Assembly: GCA_018657845.1 (NCBI GenBank)
Contig: JABHWJ010000012.1
Coordinates: 1-52,371 of the forward strand
Reading direction: 5' to 3'
Source of the DNA: Candidatus Woesearchaeota archaeon
GTDB taxonomy: Archaea; Nanobdellota; Nanobdellia; Woesearchaeales; GW2011-AR9
Length of the DNA: 52,371 nucleotides
Translations under genes and position numbers: made by a program
The notes under the pieces: generated by a model
What the model was told of the DNA's origin: nothing
The model's input: only the letters and a program-made list of their open reading frames with translations
Database searches by the model: none
Shown here: positions 26,986 through 36,703 of the stretch, piece by piece
Layout: each line of letters opens with the position of its first letter
Position numbering within the stretch: position 1 is the stretch's first letter

Positions 26986-28194
26986 ATGGCAAACAGATAT
27001 TTATTTACTAGTGAAAGTGTAACTGAAGGACATCCAGATAAAATGTGTGACCAAATTAGTGATGCAATTCTAGATGCAATTTACAAAGAAGATCCGCAAG
27101 CAAGGGTGGCAGTTGAATGTTTAACAAAAACAGGTTTTGTTGTTGTTGCTGGAGAGGTTACTACTAAAACATACATCGACGTACAAAAAGTTGTTAGAGA
27201 TACAGTCTTAGACATTGGTTATGATAAACCAGAATTTGGTTTTGAAGGATCAACCTGCGGAGTTTTAGCAGCAATTTCTGAACAATCTCCAGACATCTCT
27301 CAAGGAGTATCTGAAGGAGAAGGATTATATGATGAACAAGGCGCAGGTGACCAAGGTTTAATGTTTGGTTATGCTTCTAATGAAACTCCCGAGTTTATGC
27401 CCTTACCTATCATTCTTGCCCATAAATTAACTAAACGACTTGCCAGCTCAAGAAAAAGAGGAGAAGTTTGGTATCTTCGTCCCGATGGAAAATCTCAAGT
27501 TACGGTCGAATATGAAAATGGTGTTCCTAAAAGAGTAGATACCGTAGTCATATCTACCCAACACCACCCAGATGTTGACTTAGAAACTATTCGTAGAGAT
27601 ATGGTCGAAAAAATAATCAAACCAATCTGTGCTGACTGGATTGATGAGGACACAAAATATTTTGTCAACCCCACTGGAAGATTTGTTATTGGTGGCCCAG
27701 TAGGAGATGCTGGAGTTACTGGAAGAAAAATCATTGTAGATACATATGGAGGACATGGTTCTCATGGGGGAGGAGCATTTTCAGGAAAAGATCCTAGTAA
27801 GGTAGATCGGTCTGCTTCATATTATACAAGATACGTAGCAAAGAATGTTGTTGCTGCAGGATTAGCAGATAAATGTGAAGTACAAGTCGCTTACGCCATT
27901 GGCGTATCCAAACCAGTTTCCATTTTAGTTAATACCTTCAACACTAACAAAATTCCAGAAGAAAAAATAATTCAAGCAGTGGAACAAACCTTTGATTTCC
28001 GACCGAAAGCAATTATTGATCATCTGAACTTAAGAAGGCCAATTTACCGGAAAACCGCTGCGTATGGACATTTTGGTAGAGACGATCCGGATTTCACTTG
28101 GGAAAAAATAGACAAGGTCGAAGCCCTAAAACAAGCAGTTGGAAACAATCCATCTCTCCAACCAGAAACCTCCGGAGAACACCCAACTTTTTAA
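26986..28194 (+). CDS. metK: S-adenosylmethionine synthetase, bacterial/eukaryotic type (MetK)
   Basis: [54 protein letters not shown] signatures. Confidence 0.95.
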   Translation: MANRYLFTSESVTEGHPDKMCDQISDAILDAIYKEDPQARVAVECLTKTGFVVVAGEVTTKTYIDVQKVVRDTVLDIGYDKPEFGFEGSTCGVLAAISEQSPDISQGVSEGEGLYDEQGAGDQGLMFGYASNETPEFMPLPIILAHKLTKRLASSRKRGEVWYLRPDGKSQVTVEYENGVPKRVDTVVISTQHHPDVDLETIRRDMVEKIIKPICADWIDEDTKYFVNPTGRFVIGGPVGDAGVTGRKIIVDTYGGHGSHGGGAFSGKDPSKVDRSASYYTRYVAKNVVAAGLADKCEVQVAYAIGVSKPVSILVNTFNTNKIPEEKIIQAVEQTFDFRPKAIIDHLNLRRPIYRKTAAYGHFGRDDPDFTWEKIDKVEALKQAVGNNPSLQPETSGEHPTF

Positions 28195-28198
28195 TTTT

Positions 28199-28591
28199 TT
28201 ATTTTCTTTCTAATTCTTTTAACCAGATTAAACCAACTTTAATCATTAACTTATTAAACCGATCAGAAAGTTTGTATGTTTTTTTATATAAATCATAATC
28301 AATCAAACCCATTCCCCTCATAGGGGTAAGGATTCGATCATAAAATTGTCTTTTATTATAAGAAATTTTAACTTCTCTATTTAATATGGGAGATTTTCCT
28401 TCCGGTTTAATAATGATTTCTCCATCATGTAATTTTTGCGCAAAAATTCCCATTTCTGTTTTTCCTATTTCTCCACCATTGCCTTTGATGTGACTAAACA
28501 ATAATCTTCCAACTAGTTCTTGTTGTTCCGTTGCGAAGACAATCTTAAATATATCCTCTGGAAGATTTTGTTGATCAAATAAGATAACCAT
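28199..28591 (-). CDS. Hypothetical 130-aa protein
   Basis: Clean ORF with a leaderless ATG about 24 nt from the TATATAAAT box. No motif recognised. Confidence 0.45.
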   Translation of the reverse strand: MVILFDQQNLPEDIFKIVFATEQQELVGRLLFSHIKGNGGEIGKTEMGIFAQKLHDGEIIIKPEGKSPILNREVKISYNKRQFYDRILTPMRGMGLIDYDLYKKTYKLSDRFNKLMIKVGLIWLKELERK

Positions 28592-28801
28592 TAAAAATAA
28601 AATTCTATCTTAATATATAAATGTTACTAAAATGTATACTGGATAATGACAAATAAATCAATGAAAAAAAATAAAACAAAAAAAGCAAATAAAATCCGAC
28701 AAAGAAATAACTATCCAATTCTTCACCAAAAAGAGCAAAATTGAGATTATAACCCTAATTAGAGAAAACTTTATAAAAAGAACACAATACAAAGCAGTTA
28801 T

Positions 28802-28990
28802 ATGGGACGTATTAAGACTAAGTATATAAAGAGAAAAACCAAGGAACTTTGGAAGCTACATGGAGATAAATTTACCACAGATTACACTGCTAATAAAGAA
28901 GTTGCTAGGACGTTAGTTAAGACACCTAGTAAAAAACTAAGAAATATTGTTTCTGGTTACATCACCAGACTCAAGAAGACAGAAGATTAG
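28802..28990 (+). CDS. rps17e: 30S ribosomal protein S17e
   Basis: MGRIKTKYIKRKTKEL... N-terminus and 62-aa size. Confidence 0.9.
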   Translation: MGRIKTKYIKRKTKELWKLHGDKFTTDYTANKEVARTLVKTPSKKLRNIVSGYITRLKKTED

Positions 28991-29039
28991 TTGAGGGTGG
29001 AGACTAAGTCTCTGGCCTAGTAGAATTGGGGTAGACCAA

Positions 29040-29324
29040 ATGACGAACGACAACTCTATATTTATTGGAAACAAACCTTTTATGAATTATGTGACTGGGG
29101 TAGTAATGCAGTTCACCACCAAGGGTGCCAACGAAGTGATTGTTAAGGCAAGAGGAAAATTCATCTCTCGTGCTGTAGATGTATCCGAAGTGGCCAGAAA
29201 AAGATTCTTAGATAATGCCATAGATGTAAAAGACATTCAAATTGACAGCGAAGAATTTGAAAACAAAGAAGGCAAACAAGTAAGAGTGAGTAACATTGAG
29301 ATCACTTTAATCAAAAAAGATTAA
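29040..29324 (+). CDS. albA: DNA/RNA-binding protein Alba
   Basis: NSIFIGNKPFMNYVTGVVMQF...VIVKARGKFISRAVDVSEV. Confidence 0.9.
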   Translation: MTNDNSIFIGNKPFMNYVTGVVMQFTTKGANEVIVKARGKFISRAVDVSEVARKRFLDNAIDVKDIQIDSEEFENKEGKQVRVSNIEITLIKKD

Positions 29325-29543
29325 TTCTTTATCTTTTACCATAACTATGGCCTTAATTCAATTAAAGATAATCCTTATCAAATCCAAAAATCTTCACCAA
29401 TAACTTCTCTATAATCATCTCTCCAGAATAAACACTACCAATATATACATTCTGATCTAATTTAGAATCAGAAGAATAAACATCCCTAAAATAATTATCA
29501 AGTGACATCTCCTAAAGAAATCACCTTTACTTATTAAAAATTA

Positions 29544-30476
29544 TTATTCTAGAGTCTTCATTACTTTCTCGATCTCTTCAAAGCTTTTAGCTCTTCCAAT
29601 CTTGTCACGGACTCTACTGGCCCCAATAAAACCTTTAGTAAAACTTTGCGCATGGAATTTAACATGCAAAAAACCTACCTTATATTTCTCTGCCGATTCT
29701 AAATACTCAAAGAAATCTTCTATTTGTTGTTTTCTATCTCTCTCAGAATAACTTCCTTTTTTATTAAACTGCTCGATTTGTTTAAACAAATAAGGATTCC
29801 CCACAACACCTCTCCCAATCATTACAAAATCACATCCAGTCTCCTTCTTCATCCGCACATAATCTTCCACAGAACAAACATCTCCATTTCCAGCAACCGG
29901 AACACCTAAACTATCTTTAACATTCTTAATCCAACTCCAATCTGCCTTGCCAGTATATCCTTGTTTCTGAGTTCTAGCATGAATCGCAATCATCGCTGCC
30001 CCAGCTTCTTCACAAACTTTAGCAACTTCAACAATATTAATATTATTCTTACGAATCCCTAGTCTCAACTTACAAGTAACCGGAATTTTAATGGCAGAAC
30101 TAACCGCCTTAACAATCTCTCCAATTTTATTGGGCCTTTCCAACAATGCAGATCCAGCACCTTGCTTTATTATCTTAGTAGCAGGACAACCAAAGTTAAG
30201 ATCTAATACTTCACATTTATCTTCACAGTACTTAGCTGCCTTAACTAACATCTCCACATTTTGCCCAAACAATTGAATTACTCTTGGCTTCTCAGCAGCC
30301 ACAATATCAATCATGCCCAAGGTTCGTTTATTCCTCCTAGCAAGAGCATTTGCAGAAATCATTTCTGTCACTGCCATCCCTGCCCCATACTTCCTACATA
30401 GGACTCTAAAGGCTACATCAGTAACTCCGGCCATGGGGGCAAGTATCGTATCCGATTTTAACTTCGGAAATTTCAT
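29544..30476 (-). CDS. dus: tRNA-dihydrouridine synthase
   Basis: LAPMAGVTDVAFRVLCRKYG...DLNFGCP...IHARTQKQGYTGKADW motifs. Confidence 0.9.
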   Translation of the reverse strand: MKFPKLKSDTILAPMAGVTDVAFRVLCRKYGAGMAVTEMISANALARRNKRTLGMIDIVAAEKPRVIQLFGQNVEMLVKAAKYCEDKCEVLDLNFGCPATKIIKQGAGSALLERPNKIGEIVKAVSSAIKIPVTCKLRLGIRKNNINIVEVAKVCEEAGAAMIAIHARTQKQGYTGKADWSWIKNVKDSLGVPVAGNGDVCSVEDYVRMKKETGCDFVMIGRGVVGNPYLFKQIEQFNKKGSYSERDRKQQIEDFFEYLESAEKYKVGFLHVKFHAQSFTKGFIGASRVRDKIGRAKSFEEIEKVMKTLE

Positions 30477-30497
30477 ACCTCTATTAAGCCCCCAAAT

Positions 30498-30507
30498 CTT
30501 TATAAAG
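30498..30507. promoter_or_regulatory. Single palindromic TATA element CTTTATAAAG serving divergent leaderless genes (dus and aIF2gamma)
   Basis: Centre is 26.5 nt from the dus ATG (30476) and 27.5 nt from the aIF2gamma ATG (30530). The whole intergenic region is only 53 nt. Confidence 0.55.
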
Positions 30508-30529
30508 TAACCCTTTTTCTAACAACTCA

Positions 30530-31774
30530 ATGGCCAAAAAAACAGCAAAGAAATCTGAAGTAATTCAACCAGAACTAAACATCGCTTTAGTTGGTCATGT
30601 AGATCATGGTAAAACAACTTTAACAGAACGGCTCAGTGGAAAATGGACTGACACTCATTCTGAAGAATTAAAGAAAGGCATCACTATTAGGTTAGGTTAC
30701 GCTGACTTCTCCATCTATAAATGCGAGAAATGTGATTCCTACACCACAAAGGAAAAATGCATCAAATGTAATTCGGATACAAAATTTATTAGAAAAATAT
30801 CTCTTGTCGACTCTCCTGGCCACGAAAGTTTAATGGCCACTATGTTGTCAGGAGCAAGTATTGTTGACGGAGCTATCTTACTGGTTGCCGCAAATGAGAA
30901 ATGTCCTCAACCACAAACTAAAGAACACCTCATGGCCCTTCAGATTTCTGGAATCAAAAATGTCTTGATTGTACAAAACAAAATTGATCTGGTTACTCAT
31001 GAAGAAGCCCTTAAGAATTATCAACAAATTAAAGAATTCCTTTCCACTACAGATTACAAAGATGTTTCTATTCTCCCACTTTCTGCTCGAGCTAATGTTA
31101 ATGTAGATATTTTAGTTAAAGCCATCCAAGAGTTTTTTCCTACTCCCGAAAGAGATCTTAAAAAGGACCCCATCATGTTAGTTGCCAGATCATTTGACAT
31201 CAATAAACCCGGAACTAAACCAGAAAAAATAATTGGTGGTGTTCTCGGTGGAACTGTCAAAGAAGGTAAACTAACAGTAGGAGACGAAATTGAAATCCTC
31301 CCTGGAAGAATGGTTGAAGAAAAGAACCGAAAAATCTGGAAACCACTCAAAACCAAAATCACTCAAATTTTTTCTGGAGGAGCACCCGTAGAAGAAATCC
31401 TCCCCGGAGGAAGTATGGCTATCTCCACAACCTTAGATCCATCTATCATAAAATCCGATTCATTGGGTGGGTCATTAGTTGGACTTCCAGGTAAACTTCC
31501 CATTGTTCATTATCAAATAACCTTAGAAACTCATCTTCTTGAAAGAGTAGTTGGAACCAAAGAAGAAACTGAAGTTAAACCTCTAGCTAGGAATGAACCC
31601 TTAATGCTTAATGCCAATTCTGCAGTAACTGTCGGAGTAGTCATTGACCCTTCAAAGAAAAAAACTGTTTGTGTTCTCAAGAGACCAATCGTAGCCAACC
31701 CTGGAGACAGAGTTACCATTTCTAGAAGGGTAGGAGACCGGTTCAGATTAATTGGTTATGGTATCTTAAAATAA
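30530..31774 (+). CDS. eif2g: Translation initiation factor aIF2 gamma subunit
   Basis: GHVDHGKTTL G1 motif, zinc knuckle CEKCDS...CIKC, DSPGHE, NKIDL. Confidence 0.95.
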   Translation: MAKKTAKKSEVIQPELNIALVGHVDHGKTTLTERLSGKWTDTHSEELKKGITIRLGYADFSIYKCEKCDSYTTKEKCIKCNSDTKFIRKISLVDSPGHESLMATMLSGASIVDGAILLVAANEKCPQPQTKEHLMALQISGIKNVLIVQNKIDLVTHEEALKNYQQIKEFLSTTDYKDVSILPLSARANVNVDILVKAIQEFFPTPERDLKKDPIMLVARSFDINKPGTKPEKIIGGVLGGTVKEGKLTVGDEIEILPGRMVEEKNRKIWKPLKTKITQIFSGGAPVEEILPGGSMAISTTLDPSIIKSDSLGGSLVGLPGKLPIVHYQITLETHLLERVVGTKEETEVKPLARNEPLMLNANSAVTVGVVIDPSKKKTVCVLKRPIVANPGDRVTISRRVGDRFRLIGYGILK

Positions 31775-31817
31775 TTCTCAAATAATTCCCTCAAAAGAAT
31801 TCAAAAATCTATTTTAT

Positions 31818-32522
31818 TTATCTTCTTTTACTTAAAATTTCTTTGACCCTTTCTGGATGATTACTGATTATCCCTGCAACATTATAACTCAAAAGCCCCT
31901 TAATCTTTTCATATTCATTTACTGTCCAAACATAGATCGGAACTCCTAATTTCATCACCAACCTAATCATCCAAATTTTATTAAAGAATTCATAACTCAC
32001 TGAAAAGAAATCCACTTTCTTTTTAATAAATAAATATGCAAACAACAATCTCCAAAAAGAAAATTCCAATACATAACCACTTTTCACTCCATCATTTAAT
32101 CTCTTGAAGTTTTTTAATATTTTCCAATTACCTGAATGTATCCAAACCTTTCTCTCCAACCCCTTAAGCTCATTAAGAACCAAGGCCTCATTTCCTTTAA
32201 GAGAATCTTTTAACTCCACAATCACCCCGCACCTGTTGTTAATAACTTTCAATGCCTCTTCCAAAGTAAGAATTTTCTCTCCAGAACCAAAATCATGCTT
32301 TTTCAACTCCGCCCAACTCATCTCCTCAATTTTTCCAGAACCATTCGAAGTTCTACCCATTTCACTATCATGAATCGCCACAACTACATTGTCTTTTGTT
32401 TTTTGAACATCCAACTCAATCATATCTACTCCTAATTTCACCGCTTCTAAGAAAGATTTCTTAGTATTTTCTGGAGCAACAGAACTATAACCTCTGTGAG
32501 CAATGTTCAAAATTTTTCCCAT
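31818..32522 (-). CDS. glpQ: Glycerophosphodiester phosphodiesterase
   Basis: IAHRGYSSVAPENT...MIELDVQKTKDNVVVAIHD. Its start abuts the stop of the upstream ABC gene. Confidence 0.85.
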   Translation of the reverse strand: MGKILNIAHRGYSSVAPENTKKSFLEAVKLGVDMIELDVQKTKDNVVVAIHDSEMGRTSNGSGKIEEMSWAELKKHDFGSGEKILTLEEALKVINNRCGVIVELKDSLKGNEALVLNELKGLERKVWIHSGNWKILKNFKRLNDGVKSGYVLEFSFWRLLFAYLFIKKKVDFFSVSYEFFNKIWMIRLVMKLGVPIYVWTVNEYEKIKGLLSYNVAGIISNHPERVKEILSKRR

Positions 32523-34328
32523 TTACAACATCCCCCCTTTTTGTAAATCCCACAATCGCCTATACAACCCTCCTCGTTTATTAGCCAGTTCCTGATGAGT
32601 TCCAATTTCTACAATCCTGCCTTCATTTAATACTACTATTTTATTGGCTTTCATTATTGTTGAAAGTCTATGGGCAATCATAATTGTAGTTCTACCTTTC
32701 ATCAACTTCTCTAAATCTTTTTGTATCTCTAATTCTGTCTCAGAGTCTAGGGCAGAAGTAGCTTCGTCTAACACCAATATTTTCTTATCTGCTAATATTG
32801 CTCGGGCAATAGAAACTCTTTGTTTCTCCCCACCAGATAATTTAACCCCTCTTTCTCCCACAATTGTTTTTTCTCCCCGGGGCAATCTCTTAATAAACTT
32901 GTCCAGTTGCGCAAATTTTATCGCCCTCCACACTTCTGGTATACTTGCTTTAGGATTAGCGTAAGAAATATTAAACCAAATAGTATTATCAAAAAGTATT
33001 GGTTCTTGTGGAACTATACTCATACTATTTCTCAAGCTTTCTTGGGTAATTTCAGCAATATCTTGTCCATCTATTAACACCCTACCTTTATTGAGATCAA
33101 ACAACCGATATAATACTTTAATAATTGTTGTTTTTCCAGATCCTGAGGGTCCCACTAAAGCAATCTTAGTTTTTGGTTTAATCTTTAAATCAAAATTCTT
33201 TAATACTGATACATCTTTAAACCTCCCTGGATAAGCGAAGTCAACTTTATCAAATTCGACCTCTCCTTTAGTTACTTTTATTTTTTTTGCATCAGGAATA
33301 TCCTTAACTTCATTTTCTTCTTTAAACATAGAAAACAATGCTGTAACGTCTACATTACTTCTTATTAGGGATCTATATCCATGCATAAAACTAAACAACA
33401 TTGGAATCAGTTTCCAGACGGCCGCATAAATCAAAGTTATACTTCCTAAAGTCATCTGACCATCTAAAAAACTTCCAAAACTTAGATAAAATATTGCTGA
33501 AACCCCCAATCCCAAGATCATTGTTTGCACTGCTGATGCCCAAGTAAAATAATTCCAAAAATCATATCTCGCATCTCTTAACCGATGAGACAAGCCACCA
33601 AAATAACCAATCGTCCTTTTTTCTTTACCAAAATATTTTACTGTTTCGATATTTGCAAACACATCCGCTAAATTTTGTTTCAATATATCTTCCCTATAAT
33701 TAGCTTCATTTTGAGGAATCTTTTGTTTATGAGTAAATAAAATTCCTGCTGTAACAAAAGTAATAGTCATTACCAACAAAGCAATTGCAGTAGAAAAATC
33801 AAAATAAAAAATTACTCCCGCCGAAATAATAAACCTAAATAACACTGGAACAAAATGGAAAATAATTGCATCCATCACAGATTCAACTTTACTTACCCCT
33901 CTAGTGAACTGAGAGATTATCGAACCAGTTTTCTTGTTGAGATGAAAACGATAGGAGAGATTTAAAATATGTGAAAAAGATTTCTTTTCTAAATCACTCA
34001 TGGTTTTAACTTCCAATGAATTAATTAGTCTCATCTCTATCCACCACATCACTGAGGCAAAGAACCTGACTCCTAAGTAAACTAACACTGCCAATAATAA
34101 TAAAGATCCAAAAGTTTCTGCAGTGATAACACCTTCAACAAATAAGGTGGATTTATCTACTAAATATTTAAACACAAAATTATCAAAAAAAGCAGCCGAT
34201 TCAATCAAGAAAGAAACTAATATTGTTCCAAAAAACAACCCCTTATACCTACCGAGAAATTTCCACAGTATCTTGAAGTTGTATTTCATATCTACTTCTT
34301 TCTTATAATAATTTTCGTGGACTGCCAT
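32523..34328 (-). CDS. ABC exporter, fused permease/ATPase (ABCB/MdlB-like)
   Basis: Six-TM N-terminal half. GPSGSGKTT, LSGGEKQRVSIARA, LVLDEATSALD. AAGGAG SD before the ATG at 34328. Confidence 0.9.
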   Translation of the reverse strand: MAVHENYYKKEVDMKYNFKILWKFLGRYKGLFFGTILVSFLIESAAFFDNFVFKYLVDKSTLFVEGVITAETFGSLLLLAVLVYLGVRFFASVMWWIEMRLINSLEVKTMSDLEKKSFSHILNLSYRFHLNKKTGSIISQFTRGVSKVESVMDAIIFHFVPVLFRFIISAGVIFYFDFSTAIALLVMTITFVTAGILFTHKQKIPQNEANYREDILKQNLADVFANIETVKYFGKEKRTIGYFGGLSHRLRDARYDFWNYFTWASAVQTMILGLGVSAIFYLSFGSFLDGQMTLGSITLIYAAVWKLIPMLFSFMHGYRSLIRSNVDVTALFSMFKEENEVKDIPDAKKIKVTKGEVEFDKVDFAYPGRFKDVSVLKNFDLKIKPKTKIALVGPSGSGKTTIIKVLYRLFDLNKGRVLIDGQDIAEITQESLRNSMSIVPQEPILFDNTIWFNISYANPKASIPEVWRAIKFAQLDKFIKRLPRGEKTIVGERGVKLSGGEKQRVSIARAILADKKILVLDEATSALDSETELEIQKDLEKLMKGRTTIMIAHRLSTIMKANKIVVLNEGRIVEIGTHQELANKRGGLYRRLWDLQKGGML

Positions 34329-34364
34329 CTAAATCTTCTCCTTTTTCACAAAAACTCCAGAAAG

Positions 34365-34372
34365 TTTATAAA
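34365..34372. promoter_or_regulatory. Palindromic TTTATAAA between the divergent ABC exporter and nnrE genes
   Basis: About 26 nt from the nnrE ATG (34395, leaderless) and about 40 nt from the ABC ATG (short SD leader). Confidence 0.45.
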
Positions 34373-34394
34373 ATTTCCTTGTACCTCGACAATA

Positions 34395-35030
34395 ATGATC
34401 ACTGCAAAGGACATGCGCGAATTAGAGGACTTAGCTGTAGAGCAAGGAATTTCTAAGTTTAAACTCATGGAGAATGCAGGAAAACAACTCTATTTTAAAA
34501 TAAAAGAAAAATATGACCTTAATAACAAAAAGATAGTCATTTTTGCTGGATCCGGAAATAATGGTGGTGATGGATTTGCTGCTGCTCGTCTCCTTGCCAT
34601 TCATTGTCCAATTCTCATTTTTTTCTTTGGTGATAAAGAAAAACTTTCTGTTGAAGCAGAGGAACATTATAAAAAAATTAAAGCCCCAATTAACATTATC
34701 CAAATAAAAAATAAATTCAACCTTAACCAATTCCACTTCCAACCAGACCAAGAACTTCTTCTCATCGATGCCCTTCTTGGCACCGGAATAAAAGGCCCAC
34801 TTAGAGAGCCCCTCCCTTTAGCGATAGATTACTTCAACTCTTTAGAAGGAATCAAAGTGGCAGTAGATCTTCCTTCCGGTTTAGATCCAGATACCGGAGA
34901 AGCCCAAGATAAATATTGTCAAGTAGATTTAATTATCACTTTTCATGATCTCAAAGTGGGATTAGAAAAATACAAAGAAAAAACAATCATTGTTGACATT
35001 GGAATACCCAAACAAAAAATTACTGAGTAA
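34395..35030 (+). CDS. nnrE: NAD(P)H-hydrate epimerase (YjeF N-terminal domain only)
   Basis: MRELEDLAVEQGIS...LMENAG...FAGSGNNGGDGF...DALLGTG. ATG at 34395 preferred over the track start. Confidence 0.8.
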   Translation: MITAKDMRELEDLAVEQGISKFKLMENAGKQLYFKIKEKYDLNNKKIVIFAGSGNNGGDGFAAARLLAIHCPILIFFFGDKEKLSVEAEEHYKKIKAPINIIQIKNKFNLNQFHFQPDQELLLIDALLGTGIKGPLREPLPLAIDYFNSLEGIKVAVDLPSGLDPDTGEAQDKYCQVDLIITFHDLKVGLEKYKEKTIIVDIGIPKQKITE

Positions 35031-35586
35031 AATAACCTTCTTGGGTTACATATATTAATATTCTTTCAAAAGCTTCTTTAATCACAAAAAAATCTTTAAT
35101 CTCTTTTTCATAGAATTCCCTAACCATCTTTTCAGTCCACCCTTTCCAATCTTCTTTATAATCCATCTCATGGATCAAGGCATCCATTTTATCTATTGCT
35201 TTAGCAAACTTAGCGTCTTTAGTTTCTGCTGCCTCAAATTCGTTGAACAATATTTCAAACTTACTGGTAACAGATTTAGGAAACTCTTCCTTTAATTTCA
35301 ACATCGCTTTTCTTTCATTTTCTTTTTTATCTTTTCTTTTCTCTGTTTCTAATAAACCAATGTCACCTGCTTCAATCTCAACAACATCATGGTACAACAA
35401 TAATTCATATACTTTTAATCTATCGATGTCTCTATCTTTCATCAAATTCAAAAAATAGTCTGCAAGAATCAAACAACTCCATGAATGCTCAGCAGAACTT
35501 TCTTTTCTCTTCAATACTGAGTTAAATCTATCCACATGTTTTAAATGATATAATCTTCTCAACTTATTAATTTCTTCCACTTTCAA
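35020..35586 (-). CDS. HD-domain phosphohydrolase, YfbR-like 5'-deoxynucleotidase family
   Basis: ESSAEHSWSCLILADYF ... LLYHDVVEIEAGDI ... AKAIDKMDA pattern. 4-nt overlap with orc1/cdc6. Confidence 0.75.
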   Translation of the reverse strand: MKVEEINKLRRLYHLKHVDRFNSVLKRKESSAEHSWSCLILADYFLNLMKDRDIDRLKVYELLLYHDVVEIEAGDIGLLETEKRKDKKENERKAMLKLKEEFPKSVTSKFEILFNEFEAAETKDAKFAKAIDKMDALIHEMDYKEDWKGWTEKMVREFYEKEIKDFFVIKEAFERILIYVTQEGYFTQ

Positions 35587-36650
35587 AACTCAGTTAACTT
35601 CTTCTCTGAACCATAACTAATCAAAGTTGTCAACCCCCCTCCATCAGTTACCTTCTTTGTAGAAATAAATCTTCCTTCCTTCAATTTATCAACTTTTCTA
35701 GTAAATGTCTTGTAACTAATTTCTCCACCCTTAACTTTATAATTTTCATACAGACTCCCAATCTTCTCACCAGAATTATCTTTAATAATATCCAAGATTA
35801 AAATTAAATCTTCATCTAATCCTTCTTTAGATTTTATTTGAAATTCATCAGCTTTTCTAATTGCATCATTAACTTGATTCATTCCAATTTTCCTTAAACT
35901 CCGCTCTTCCGTCAAGTTTCCAGATTCTTTCATCAAGTACAAACCAACCCTTAAATCCTTAACAGAAAAACATTTCTCCACAATTTTAGAAAAAGCCTCT
36001 TCGTCCCAGGCCCCGAGAACAAACCCGTACTCTTTTCTTTGTTCCAGGATCCCCCTAACTTCTTCTTTATTATAAGATCTAAAAAACAAAAATTCTGGAT
36101 TTAGTCTCGACCGAATCCGTTCATCCATTTCATTATAACTTTCTCTATAGTTAGTAATCAAAAAAATACTCTTTCGATAAATATCTTCTAATAAAGTATA
36201 CAAAAAATCATAATCTTCTAATTTATCAATTTCATCAAAAATAAATACTGCACTTTTCTTATTCAACTTCCCCCTAATTAAATCAAACAACTCCATGGTT
36301 TTTTTATTAACTAAAAATTTAAACCCCAACTCCTCACACATTTTGTAAAATATCTTAAATGTAGTATTCTCTTTCCAACAATTAACATATATTGGCACTA
36401 CTTCTTCAGTTTCTTCTCCCAATTCTCTCATTACATGCTTACAAGCAGTAGTTTTTCCAATTCCTGGTGCCCCATACACAAATAAATTTCTACCATTATG
36501 TCCTTGTAGTAATGGTCGCACTGCCACAGCAAACCTCATCTGCTCGTTTTCTCTATACTTCATCACTTTTGGCTGGAAATCATAACCTAAAACAATGGTG
36601 TCTCTAAAAACAGTCTCTCCACCCTTTAACATATCCTTAAATAATGACAT
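35583..36650 (-). CDS. cdc6: Orc1/Cdc6 replication initiator (AAA+ plus C-terminal winged helix)
   Basis: VYGAPGIGKTT (Walker A), FIFDEIDKL (Walker B), C-terminal wH. Leaderless ATG about 27 nt from the CATTTATATTA box. Confidence 0.9.
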   Translation of the reverse strand: MSLFKDMLKGGETVFRDTIVLGYDFQPKVMKYRENEQMRFAVAVRPLLQGHNGRNLFVYGAPGIGKTTACKHVMRELGEETEEVVPIYVNCWKENTTFKIFYKMCEELGFKFLVNKKTMELFDLIRGKLNKKSAVFIFDEIDKLEDYDFLYTLLEDIYRKSIFLITNYRESYNEMDERIRSRLNPEFLFFRSYNKEEVRGILEQRKEYGFVLGAWDEEAFSKIVEKCFSVKDLRVGLYLMKESGNLTEERSLRKIGMNQVNDAIRKADEFQIKSKEGLDEDLILILDIIKDNSGEKIGSLYENYKVKGGEISYKTFTRKVDKLKEGRFISTKKVTDGGGLTTLISYGSEKKLTEF

Positions 36651-36703
36651 ACCTTAATTAAAAAAGAAGACATTTATATTAATTATGTAAATTGAGAAGT
36701 TCT

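Noticed and set aside
28646-28744. 32-codon K/N-rich ORF (MTNKSMKKNKTKKANKIRQRNNYPILHQKEQN) in the 210-nt spacer upstream of rps17e
   Set aside because: The composition is what random translation of A-rich spacer would give. There is no SD or suitably spaced TATA and no resemblance to small ribosomal proteins.
29362-29508. 48-codon minus-strand ORF downstream of dus (MSLDNYFRDVYSSDSKLDQNVYIGSVYSGEMIIEKLLVKIFGFDKDYL)
   Set aside because: An AGGAG directly abuts the ATG with no spacer, and no motif is recognised. It is possible but unsupported and would need conservation evidence.
36651-36703. Replication origin expected upstream of orc1/cdc6
   Set aside because: The spacer is only 53 nt and contains just a TATA-like box. 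No repeated ORB-like elements are visible here or in the adjacent short spacers.
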